The position numbers and the translations under genes are program-made. The notes beneath the pieces were generated by a model. The model had not been told where the DNA came from. It searched no databases and saw only the letters and a program-made list of their open reading frames with translations. Positions 26,755-38,900 of a stretch of DNA of 57,835 bases are shown here, in pieces. The DNA is taken from contig NC_068984.1 in the NCBI RefSeq assembly GCF_001194135.2, positions 47,878,735 through 47,936,569 on the forward strand, written 5' to 3'. The stretch comes from Octopus bimaculoides. Taxonomy: Eukaryota. How positions within the stretch are numbered: position 1 is the first letter of the stretch; every line of letters starts with the position of its first letter.

Positions 26755-26960
26755 ATTCACAAGTCCAGCAGATATGTGGGAAGAGGTTATTCGATATCAC
26801 CGACTACAGTACTTGACTGGCACTTTATTTTATCGCTCGCGAAAGGATGAAAGATGATGTCGATCACAGCAGTTCTTGTACTCAGAACTTAAAGAGCCGG
26901 AAGAAATATCATAACGCATCTATTCCGACATTCTATACATTCCACCAACTCGTCGCCCTT
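26755..26960 (-). mobile_element. SINE family B (diverged)
   Basis: cagtacttgactggcactttattttatcg..cgaaaggatgaaagatgatgtcga...actcagaac...ccaactcgtcgccctt. Confidence 0.65.
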
Positions 26961-27379
26961 GTCGCACCATCATGATACTTGTATATATATATATATATAT
27001 ATTGCTTGTAATACTAATGCAGTCTATAACTACTGGAAAAAATCAAGCATCTAAATATCCTTCAAGTCACATGATACGTTGTCTGGATAAACTGTTTCTG
27101 GGTAAAATATAGATTTTGTATGGAACGTTTATATCGATAAAGCCGCCCGAGCAGAAGCTAAACATCAATAACAACAAGTTCTTATTCTTTATTCTTGAAA
27201 CCTAGTAGATACGAACACAAGGAGACTGTTACAATTATTGTGAATATTATTAGGGCTGATTTAGTCAACTAATTCATCTAGATTTGTAGTCTTGTATTAA
27301 TGCAGAAATCACTATTATTAAGATAAATGATTTACAAAGTCATTAAAGTGGCGGCTAAAATATTTTGTTCTATTTAAGT

Positions 27380-28670
27380 GCATAACTTAACATTCTAAGC
27401 TCAAATACCACCGTGGTATACTCTGGCAAAATGAAGTGCCGAGTACTGAGGGAAGGGGACAAGGGTATAATTGGCTGCACCCTTTCCTCCAAATTTGAGG
27501 CGTTCCACCTATCTAAGAAATTGTTTAGAGCACTGGTTATGCGAAATCGTTGGAGCATCGGAGAAAATGTCTTGCGTTGCTTTGCTATCAGAGTTGAAAT
27601 CCTGCCAATGCGTTTCAACTTTCCAAGCATTGTTAAAATAAGTACCAATGAATTACTAACGTCGATTAAATAAACTAACTCATTCCTCTCTTCAAATCTG
27701 AGGCCTTGTTCCTATGTTGGAAATGAATATTAATGGAATGGTGAAGACGGCGAGATGGCAGAATCGGTACCATGCTGGAAAAAATTGCATAAGCGCATTT
27801 CTTCCGACTTTGGATTCTGAGTTCAATTTCTTTCTCGTTTCACTTTGCCATGCATTCTTTCGGAGTCGCTGAAACAAGGTACCAGTTGAATACTGATGTC
27901 AATGTAATAGACGTACGCCTCCACCGAAACTGCTGGCCTTGTACCAAAACTCGAAACCAATGTCATAAAAGCGATGTGTTCGTAGAAGCATTAAAATGAC
28001 AGATACAATATTTCGTGACTTTTATATACATACATTTACATTGTAAGTTCACTTCTTACCAAGGCCAACTATGACGTTCGTACTCTCTACCCGGGATCAA
28101 TAATTAAAGAAACCAGTGAACTACTGAGATAGATGAAAGCGTCAAATACTAGTAGCCCCAAGATTGCTTTTCAAGTAAAATACTAAAGTTGAGAATCGAG
28201 AATTAATTATCATTTAGTGCATAATTAGCGGGTGAGGAGGTAATGCTTCACGGAAGACAGAATTCTTGTGCGGAGCTATTACTCTGGTTGTTATTTGTTT
28301 TGTAAGTCATAATGACGGTATGATGTCACAAAATTCATATGATAATTGTATGTGGGTTTGTAGGATGGTTCACAATCTTTGTGAGTGAAGTCTCTAACAA
28401 AATGACAGAATAAGTGTCGATCAATGAATTTTAAATATTTATTTATAGCTCAAGGCAACGAACTGGCAGAATCGATAGCACGCTGGGTAAAATGCTTAGC
28501 GGCATTTTGTCCGTCTTTACGTTCTGAGTTCAAATTCTGCTGTTGTCGACTTTGCTATTCATCCTTTCGAGGTAAATAAAATAAGTATTAGTTGAACCCG
28601 GAGTCGATAAAATCAATCTGCTCCCACCCACGAGATTGATGAACATATGCCAACATTTTTAACCATCTTT
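27380..28670 (+). mobile_element. Cluster of same-orientation SINE family B copies
   Basis: Clear copies at 27745-27960 (ggcgagatggcagaatcgg) and 28453-28666 (ggcaacgaactggcagaatcgatagcacgc...gttctgagttcaaattc). More decayed copies lie at about 27380-27530, 27535-27730 and 28040-28190. Confidence 0.65.
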
Positions 28671-28987
28671 AGTTACAGCTCTTTCCACGATGAATTCGAA
28701 TCAGTTTTACATATTAATCTGCCAAGGGTCAAATTCGACTATACTCTAAACTAAAATTCTGGCCATGTATCAGCATTTAAAATAAATAAAAGTATAAAAT
28801 CAGCAAAGATATACACGATTCTCAGAAGGGTAGTAAAGGCAGCGAGTAAGTGACCTTCCTTTCGCTTATATAGAAATGATTATTAGGGAGACTAACTAAT
28901 TTAATATTTTCTAGAAACTTTTGGAAAAGCATCTAAGGATTCCTACAATAGTAACACTGTCCTACGTTTTGCCTATAGTATAAATTA

Positions 28988-29023
<36 letters not shown>

Positions 29024-30117
29024 GGGCTGAGTCTATCGTGGCAAATAAAACGATTTACCGTATTTAATTACATCATTTTACACTCAGTTTTCCAATACCA
29101 CTAAAGTCAGCTTTGGTGGTATTGACAAACTTTGGTAGCATTTCACTTTCAAGATGTCGTGAAGTAAAGGACCAGTGATTTACGGAATTAGATATAATTG
29201 ATAATCACCCACTCTCAAAAGGTAAAAATCATTATTACAATCGTCCTGAATGATCGAATGGGCAGGGCAGTGGACATCATACACTGCAGCATTCATTTAC
29301 TTAACCTTACAACCAGGTTTCAAATTCTAGTTAGACGAAAAGGAACAGAAACATTATAATATAATATGGAGAAACTACAAGGTATTCAGTTACAGTTTTT
29401 CATCCTCCTCCTAACCTCTCGTACTAATAGCGTTATCCTGTTGTCTTACTATAGAATACTATTATTGTTTTGGTTGAGATTTACCAGTACATTATCCATT
29501 AAAAAGTAATTTGCTCCCTAAAAAGTCATACCCTATAAACATATAAATATTTAATTGAAGGTCAACAGATCTCTCCACTGAAACATATGCTCATTAAGTG
29601 CTGTGTCGGAACCAAGATTTGAAATTGAAATGTTTTCGACCAAGCATTAACTAAATGATATAAATGTTATTTAATCTCTGTTCCGCACTGATTAAGTGAA
29701 CTACAAATGAAAATTGTTTTAGTTCTGATCACAAATTGTAACCACTTTTTCTGTTTTTGTTTCTATGTCATGTTTCTAGAACTAGAATTAACCACTGTGA
29801 CCTCTTTATAGAGTGTGATTGAAATTCGAGTGCAATTTACAACAAGCAAAATGATGACGTAGAATGTCCTTCTTTGATTTGAAATACCTTCACGTGTTAC
29901 CAAAGAAATCAAAGAAGCATATTAAAGAGGTAATGGCAAAATTCATAATGATCTAGACATTATACTTAAGTTTTCATTGCTCCATTGTTACATTGTACAT
30001 TAGTTTACTAAAGCTTTTTTTCTGTGGAAACGTTAAATGTACTTCACATCTGTTAATCCATATATATTACAAGATTAAGTTAAATGATTATATATACCAA
30101 AATTATAACATTATATA

Positions 30118-30158
<41 letters not shown>

Positions 30159-30244
30159 NNNNNNNNNNNNNNNNNNNNNNNNNNNNNNNNNNNNNNNNNN
30201 NNNNNNNNNNNNNNNNNNNNNNNNNNNNNNNNNNATATATGAGA

Positions 30245-33200
30245 AAGAAAATATGTAAAAACGCACTGGAGGTTTGTATAATAAAATTTATGGTAATATT
30301 AAGACAATAATAAAATAAAGAGTTGTATTACATTATGTAATAATATGATAGACTGGAAGTACGGGTTTCGCGTCTTACGCTTATCAACTTACAAGGTCTT
30401 AGATTTCATCCATTTTTTTGTTGACAATAATTTTTGCAGTCAAAGGGATGTAACTCTTCAATTTATCTGAAAATTACAAGTTACTTTCAAAGTATTGTTA
30501 GGGTCTTTGGGCTGTTGTTCTTAATGCATACAGATTTGTGAGGTATATACACAAGTTTTAGGAGTTATTTACAAATATTTTAAGGGTGGGGAGAAGAATT
30601 GATTGTTGTTCTGTTTTAGTTGGGGCTGGTTGTTACTAAAATGAATTAATGTTCAGTTCTGTTTTATATTTCTGGATGGATGAGGCTTCATTATTAAGAC
30701 GAGCTTGTGTTGAGGTCCAGTCAGCAAATTTGTACAGAGGGAATATATAGAATTGGGATTGCAATTGTTTAGTAAATACGTCAATATGTTCGCTGAGATA
30801 TATCTGGCGATATTGTGCTGAAGCTATTTGTTGACGTTGCACCGTAAAGTGGCGACGGATAGAGTTTCCCGTACTTCCGATATAATCTTTCTGGCAGCCC
30901 GAGCAGCTGATTGCATAAATTAGATTTTCGGACGCTCAAGTGAAATCTGATTTGATTGTAAAATGTTGCCTTTGTTTGAAATGGTATTCTGACCTTTCCA
31001 AAAGGTCGAGGAATGTTCCATAGTTGGAGCGATTGCATTTTCCCACTTTTGCGCTGGTTGTAGCTGGGAGTAATTTAGCATTTGTTAGTATTTTCTTTAG
31101 TGACTTGGGCTGTTTGTTGCTTTTGACTATTTTAAGGTAACGTAGAATTATTTTCAGTTTAGGGTCCTTATAAAGTATTGGAAGATTTTTGCATGATTGT
31201 GTTGAATGCTTCTTTGTTTCTGGGGTTTTATGTTGATGTGTAGGGTAATGATTTAAGAGTAGTTTTGTTGTTGTCTTTGGTTTTTCTTAGGACCTTAGTA
31301 CTGATGAATTTCGCACGTTGTATCCCTTCGTTTATAAGTTGGATTGGATAGTGCCAGTACAGGAGTGTGTTTTTGAGTTCTTGTAATCTTAAATCCCTGT
31401 TTTTTTTTCTCCGAAACGATGGTGCAAATCCTTCTTGCAAGATTGAAGGAGATGTTTTCGTATATATCGGATGACAAGAGATAAAATGTAGGTATTGCTT
31501 AGCATCTGTCATTTTATAAAAGATGTCTATTTCTATTTACATGATTTTTTTTTCAATCAGTATGTCCAGGAATGGTAGTTCCTCCTGGTTGTATTCTATT
31601 GTAAGTTGTATGTTTGTGTTGATGCTGTTTAGGAGTTTTGAATTCCAGGAGTTTGTTTATATTTTCATTCTAAAGTATGATGCAGTTATTTAAAAATCTC
31701 TACCTATTTTCCTTTAGGTATTAGGCGAGAGAGTATCCAAATTTTAGCAGTGACTCCTGATACATTGTTTTTTCCAAGAATCCCATTGTATGGTTGGCAA
31801 TGGTAGGCGCTTCTTTCGAACCTATCGCAATTCCAGATCTTTGGCGGTTGAAAGTTGTATCAAACATGAAATGATAATTGTGGAGGATAAATTTTATGGA
31901 TTCAATGATGAAGTCTTTGTTGATTCGTTCTGGTATTTCTTCTGGTTGTTGTTCCAGCCGAAATATAATTGCCTCTATCCCACAATTATGTGGTTTGATG
32001 GTGTATAAGCTGGTGACATGGAACGTAACTATGACTGTTTCTTCCTCGATCTGTTCTGGGAGGTGGTTTAACATGTCTAAATCTTTTCTGATGTAACTTT
32101 GATGGGATTTAAATATGATTTCAGGAGAACGTCCATGAAGCAACTTAATCGATGGGTTTCACAGGATGGGCCAACTATGATGGGTCATAGTTTCAGGTCT
32201 CCTGGTATTGGTATATGTATGTTTTTGTGGTGAGCGTTTGATGGCCTCGTTAATGGTTAGGCTTTTGTGAATTTTGGGAAGACCATGGATAAGACTGGGT
32301 TTACATCTGACATTTATCAGGAAATTTGTTTCCTTTTTGTAAGGTCTTTTCCATGGGCTTAAATTATTGAGAAAAGGCTTTTCATTGTTTTTTGGGAGTT
32401 GTAGTTATTGATTATTTTCATACTGTTTATTCAGTATGGACACAACCATATTCTTGTAGTAGGATGTGTCGATGATTACCACTGCACTTCCTTTATCTGC
32501 TTCTTTGATTGTTATCTCATTATCATTCCAAAATTCATTAAGTTCATTCCATCGAATTCTGTTGAAGTTTGAGGTGATTTTTGTCCGTGGTAGGGAAAAT
32601 TTTCAATGTGATTACAGAATTCATCTAGGCTTTTATTTCTTCCTCTGTGGGGTGTATACTCACTTTTGTTTTTGACCAATGATTCATCGTGATCATCCAA
32701 AGTCAGCCAGTACTTCTGTAAGACGTAATTTCGTACTGAAATCCGAGACACTGTCATTAATTTCATTTTGATTGGATATGCGAGGTGTAGAGGTGAATGG
32801 AAGTCCTTTGGAGAGGACATTTATCTTTGTCATTGATAGAGGTTTGTCAGAAAGGTTAATCACCTTCGGTTTTTCCCGTGTCTCGAGTTCTACCCTGTGT
32901 CCTGTTTCCTTTGGTGTGGGGCTAAAAAATGTTGGTTATCTTAGTATGAGCTGTTTATATAAGGATTGGATGTATGGCGATGTTGTTGTCTTGGATTGTT
33001 TGTGCGTTTGGGTGTCTGGTGGTTCTATGTTTGGAGTTAGGCGTAATCCACACTAAACACTCTTTTCTCTGGTAGGTGGTTGTAGAGTGCTGGTTGTTTA
33101 TTTTTGTGTGTATGGGTAGTTCGTGTAAACTTGTAGGATTATGTTGGGTGGATGGTGGTGTTGTGATTTTAGATTCTTATGTACGTATGGGTGTCTGTAG

Positions 33201-33530
33201 AATCTATGTTCATTATTGTGTGTGGTGCCTAGTGTTTTCAGTAGTCCCTTGGAGGGGAGGAAGTTTCTGAATGAACTGTAGCCCCATCTGGAACGTTTGG
33301 TCTGTGTGCTGCACCTGCTCCTGGTGGGTTTTGTGTCTAGGGTGTGCCAATATTTCTTGGGGAGCGTGGCGGTTATGCCTGGTACTTGAGAGTGGCTGAT
33401 GGTATCTGTTCATGGTGCATATATGAAAGGAGTTGTTTATGCGGTTGTTCCCTATCATGTTCTCATGGGTGGAGTACGCTTGTTTGTTGTTTAGCTTTCT
33501 TTAGTTGATTGTGTTTTTTTTTTCAGATAT
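30245..33530 (-). mobile_element. Near full-length decayed Penelope-like retroelement (RT + C-terminal GIY-YIG)
   Basis: Ordered PLE motifs on minus: KVINLSDKPLS..VLSKGLPF (~32870), IKEADKGSAVVIID, HGLPKIHKS, SLYT..PH, QRSGIAIGSKEAPTIANHTMGFLE, RFLNNC (decayed RFLDDC), LPFLDILI, KQYLHFISCHP, KCNRSN linker, NLIYAISCSGCQKDYIGSTG (GIY-YIG). It has many stops and frameshifts. Recognisable homology spans about 30636-32880. Confidence 0.92.
30355..30392 (-). ncRNA. Degenerate minimal type I hammerhead ribozyme at PLE 3' end
   Basis: Minus strand: gtaag TTGATAA gcgt-aag-acgc GAAA cccg TA cttcc. Stem II is perfect at 4 bp, stem I pairs 4/5, and the core has two transitions from CTGATGA. Confidence 0.65.
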
Positions 33531-33686
33531 GAATTGTCTGATTAGGTATCCTCTTTGGAATTTGATTCATACATATGGAAAAAGTTATATATATATACAC
33601 ACACATGCATACATGATGGATTCACCATGATAGATCGCTAGCCACTAAACCTTTTACTATTTTTTTCCCTGTTTATTTCAGTGTTC

Positions 33687-33722
33687 CTTTCTGTCAAAGA
33701 ACGTAGACTCGAATCGTAAAAG
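33687..33722 (+). ncRNA. Degenerate minimal hammerhead-like motif in a PLE-type terminal repeat
   Basis: cttt CTGTCAA agaac-gtag-actc GAAT cgt A aaag. Stem I cttt/aaag is intact, while the core, stem II and GAAA each deviate. Confidence 0.4.
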
Positions 33723-33828
33723 ACTTTTTCACTTCTAGAGCGTTAATCTAATACATCTGTTTGTTGTTTACACACCCGTCTTCGTTTTTTTTTGCAAGTT
33801 CTCACTATACCTATATATATACACATAC

Positions 33829-33891
<63 letters not shown>

Positions 33892-33944
33892 TTAATAGAC
33901 ACATACACACATATATATCTATATATCTATATATGCATATATAC

Positions 33945-34844
33945 AAAGGGGCAGGAGTAGTTGTGTGTTAACAAGCTTGGTTCCAGTTTCAGCCCCACTG
34001 AGTGGCATCTTGGGCAAGTGTCTTCTACTATATGTCTGAGGTTGACTAAAGTCTTGTGAGTGGATTTGGTAGACAGAAACTAAAAGAAGTCCGTCGTGTG
34101 TGTGTGTGTATATATATATATATACATGAATCTATGAGTACAGAACGTTGCCAACGGTGCAAATAACATACACATAAGAGATAGATACAAAACGCGGACA
34201 GTAATCACAGGACAAAAGCGAGTGAAATACGTAAGCAACAAGAAAAATGGAAAACAGAAAAGGACCATTCCTCAGTTGTCGTCTGTCTATTGACTCCCCA
34301 TTTTGATCATTCAAACGACAATACGAGTCTTCAAAGAAAGTAGCTTCTATATACTATAAAATAAAATTTAGGATTTATAGATTTGGGAACCCAAAAATAA
34401 CAGTGGAGACATACAAGGAAACCGAACGAAAAGAGAATGGAAAGTCATTAGACCGGAACGAAAGGACAATAGTGAACGCTGGGAGAGACAATTTGTTTGA
34501 AAAGAGAAACGATAGAAGGGTGAGAGAGAAAAGAAGACATCATCATGTTATTTGCACCGTTGGTGACGTCCTGTATCCATATATGCATGTATATATTATA
34601 TTATCTATTTATGTATATATGTATATATATTTATACATGTCTTTGTGTCGGTGTTTGCCCCCCGCCACATCACTTTACAACTGATGTTTGTGTGTCTATG
34701 TCCCCGAAACTTAACGGTTCGACAAAAAAAAAGACCGATAGAATAAGTACTTGGCTTGCAAGGAATAAATCGTGGGGGCGATTTCTACGACTAAAGGTGG
34801 TGCTCCAGCATGGCCGAGTCAAATGACTGAAATGTGTACAAAAG
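33945..34844 (+). mobile_element. SINE family A split by an insertion (head 33945-34096, tail 34645-34844)
   Basis: Head gcaggagtagttgtgtgtt...gggcaagtgtcttctacta...gagtggatttggtagacagaaactaaaagaagtccgtcg. Tail ...gaccgatagaataagtac...ggtggtgctccagcatggccg. Confidence 0.75.
34121..34593. mobile_element. ~470-bp element with ~49-bp imperfect terminal inverted repeats
   Basis: Left tatacatgaatctatgagtacagaacgttgccaacggtgcaaataacat compared with the reverse complement of the right end, tatacatgcatatatggatacaggacgtcaccaacggtgcaaataacat. Both ends abut (TA)n. Confidence 0.75.
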
Positions 34845-35294
34845 TATATATATATATATATATATATATACTTTTGTGTGTGGCGTGCAAAAGACAATAA
34901 AGCACTAAAGTTAATTATCTAAAGGGTCCATCTGCATGAAAACACCAGTTAAGTTAGTGTTAGCTCACCTAAATGTAGTGAGTAGAAGAAATCTGATAAG
35001 AAATACTTATGCATTTCAGAAATGGCAACATTTTAACTCAGTGATTAATATTTTTATCATTGCGCTAATTTTGTATTTTCTTCATCACACAATTATTTCT
35101 AATTCGATTATAGATACTTACTACATTAAATATGTTAACATTAACTTAATTACTTATATATTCGATCTGCAATTATTTTTGGAACACATTTACGATTAAG
35201 TGTTAAATTTGAGGCAGGTTTAAGTGGCATTCATTTTTTACTTGATAATGTTACTGTTACACACAGATTCATTAAAACAAGCGTACACACACAG

Positions 35295-35325
<31 letters not shown>

Positions 35326-35753
35326 GGCACACACACATACACATGCAAAACAAAGCGAAATATTTTTTTGATAGCCTATCATATGTAACTATTCAGCTAT
35401 TTATACATTTGCACTTCTCGAGATTTAATGAACAATTATTTAATAGGAATGTTAAAAGTTTGCAGTGTTCCAAATTTGCATAAAGCATATAAATTACTAA
35501 AATATTACGAAAAAAATTATGGTAACGAATAAAGAGAATTTTAAATATCGTTAAAATTCTCCTATAATAATGGTTTTTAACATGGAAGCGATATCGAGAA
35601 AATTGACGGCCAGTATATCTTGATTTTAGAGTCAATTTGAAGTCAGGTAAAGGTATATACCATAATATTGCAAATCTGTCTGTTTGCGACTTAAGTGATT
35701 CTGCCGAATATTTGACGAGAATAAACTGTAAAAATGGTCTCAAGTTTTGGCAA

Positions 35754-35938
35754 AAGGCCAGCAATGTCAAGGGAGGAGATAAGTTGATTACATCGACCCT
35801 AATACTCAACTGGTACTTATTTTATCGACCGCGAAATGATAAATGGCTAAGTTAAATTGGGTAACATTTGAATTAAGAGCCTAAATGCCGATTAGGATTT
35901 TGTTCGGAGTAGTAAAGATTCTGCAATCTCACTGCCTT
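35754..35938 (-). mobile_element. SINE family B (diverged)
   Basis: gattacatcgaccctaatactcaactggtacttattttatcgacc...gattctgcaatctcactgcctt. Confidence 0.7.
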
Positions 35939-38900
35939 AGAATGGACTGTCATGATAAGACAAAAAATATATTCAGTTTTCGTTCCAATACTGAATTCAA
36001 TGAATAAAATCTTTCTAATGAATGCATATAATGAACTTGAGAAACAATTGTTGTATGCTGCATCATTACGAAGCTGCAGAGCTATATGCATTTCATTCCG
36101 TAGTAAATATTGAAAAATGCCTAGAAATGTTGCTTATCAATCAAATAGTGATAAATGTTCATTTACTAATCAAATATACGAGCTCGTAAATGTCTTCAAT
36201 CAATTAAGGCACTACACAGGAAAAAAGAAAGAGAGAAATAAAGATGTTTTTTCAGAATCTCCAGTTTACAGTTTTCTGGGGATAGGTTTCGTTGAAGGAA
36301 AAACCTACTGACACAAAGTTCAATAAAATTTTTAGAGAGACGAAAAATTCCAAAGTAGATGATTGAAGACTACAAAAATGCTTCACTCTGGAGGAACTGT
36401 AAAAAGAAATTTGGGAAAACGAGAAAGTAAGATTTAAGCAGCAGAAATTGAAGATTCTTTCACGATATTTATGACAGTTGTCAAACACGCAGCATGTGTA
36501 ATGATATGCAACTGTTTTAGGGATGTTGTATCCGATAACGATATTATTAGGAAGCCTGAATATTTCAATATTTTCTGGAATCTTTAGGGAAAACATCTAA
36601 GGATACCTACGACAGTAACACTGTTGACTTTTGTCGACACGATGATGGAAGGAACCCCATACGCCATGAATTATAGGAGTTTTGAGGTAATGATTTATCA
36701 TTACGTCATATAAATTCATAAGAAAGATTGCTGCGCCTCACCCTCATTTATCCCTAAAGCGCAGGCAACACATAAAATAAGCATTTTGTATTTTCATTTA
36801 ATAATACTGTCATAATTCGAAAAAAAGTATATTTTGAAAGAAACATATATCATTTTCTTCTGATGCTGTATTCCTCAAATTACGAATTGCAAAATAAGAA
36901 TATTTCGTTACTTTGAATATAACTGTATTTTAAGATTCTAAGCAGGACACTGTCCCGAGGAAAAGCTGTAGCTGAAACTACAGAACTCCTTTTGGTTCAC
37001 TGCTTACAAATGTATCTTATGTTACGAATTTTATTTACTGTTGATCATTAGTAGTTTCTCTAAAAATATAATAAACTTTTCAATGTTTAAATGTAAATCT
37101 TCTAGACATTTTGAGCAAAGCACATTTTAAAATCTTTTCCAGAAATTTTTTTTTTGTAATGGCATTTATACGAGAAAGAAATTGATAAATCGTTTAATAT
37201 TTATTTGCCAATGCTTTGGCAAAACTAATATACGTCAATGCAAAATTGCGACACATGTGAAGCAAAAATATTCGCTTTGCATAAACAGCCCTAACCGCCC
37301 TATTCTCCGCCTCCTTTTATCTTGTTTCTCTTCCCTTTTCCTTCTCATCCTTTTCTTTTTACCTATCCGCTTCTTCATTAACATCATCTTCAAACTCATC
37401 ATGTGTACACTTTAAGGGGGAAAGTATGAGTAAATGATAAGCTTTCAATATGTTTGCCATTTTTTTTATCATCAGCCATGCTTATAATTAAATGCATTGC
37501 TAAAGATCATAGATATTGGCATATAAAGAATAATACAATTTTCCATCAGACTGAATGCGTGCGTCTTTCATAAAATGATGTATTGACTATTGTAATCAAA
37601 AAAACTCTGTAAAAGAGCATTGAAGTTGATAGTTATAGATACATTATAATTGAAAAAAAAAACAAAACAAAAAAAAAACAACAACAGAAAACAGTGAACA
37701 GAACAGGATTGTCAACACTTGGATGGTGAAAAATCTTCTATGCTAGTTTTGATAGACAAATGCTTATTTGAGTGTATACAACAACAGCAATATTAAGTCT
37801 TGTTTCTAATTCAGATATTCCCAATTATCTTTAACACGAGAATTGAACAAAAATATGAAATGGACTGTTAGCCCATTAGTTAGGATTTAAACATGCGGAA
37901 AAAATTTCGTTTTGTTTTGGTGCATGATATGCAGTATTTGTTAGTTAATTAATCCCAAAGAAACAGGCAATAAATATTTTTTCTTCTAAAAATTAAAAGA
38001 AATAAATGCTCATCATATCCTGAAGATTTTCGTTCATTTGTTCATCAGGACAAAAAGTGAAATTAAGAACGGAACCCATTGTCAATTTTACCCCTTTATC
38101 AGAAGCGAAAAAGCAGTGCTACTGACTTATTTCAAGACCTCTGCCACCGATAGCAAAAAAAAAGGGGGGTAAATTAACGTCAGACAGGAAACGTTGACCA
38201 AATGCTTGCAGTTGAGTAGACTTTGAAAAATTCATTCAGGGATCACTCTGTGGCGTTGGACGAACGTTTGCCACGGTCAAATATGAATGGGTATTGGTCG
38301 AATTGTTACACAGTTTCAGTTTCTGACCTGCCAAATTTCGATGAAAAGACAACCTTTTGTCTACTCAAAAATATGAAAGAATAATTGAATTGAACACCTC
38401 TCGTCTATGATCCTGTTCATGAAAGCATTCATAAGTTATGCCATTCTAAACTCTCAGACATGATGGTAATGTTATGAGAATACATACTAGTCCCACTCGC
38501 CTTTAATAGGAAAGGAAATGTGGTGATTGATACCAATACGCTTCAATTACGAGCTCTCAAATGTATCATCACCTCCCTTTCTCTCTGAAATTAAGAGTAC
38601 TTCTGCTGCTTCTCGAAAGTAATGTATAGCATTTCAACTATACACAATACAATCAGATACATTCGTTCTGCATCCATTCCTCATCGCAACAGTATTCCAC
38701 TATCTCAAAACCTACATTAAACTCTTTTCCTTACCATTCCTATACAGATCTTTAGCTCTCGAGAATTCTCTCTCTCCCTTGCAGCATTGAGGTTATTTGC
38801 CGTTAGTTCGGATCTGATTGAGGAAACCTATTACTAAAAGAATTCTACTATTTACGGACATAATGTGTATAGGATGACGTTAGCCGTTGGATCCTCCCAT

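Noticed and set aside
31650-31720. Cluster of G-to-A changes in the PLE RT (DD to NN, TGG to TAG), suggesting targeted hypermutation
   Set aside because: Other lesions in the element are C-to-T changes and transversions, so ordinary AT-biased decay explains it.
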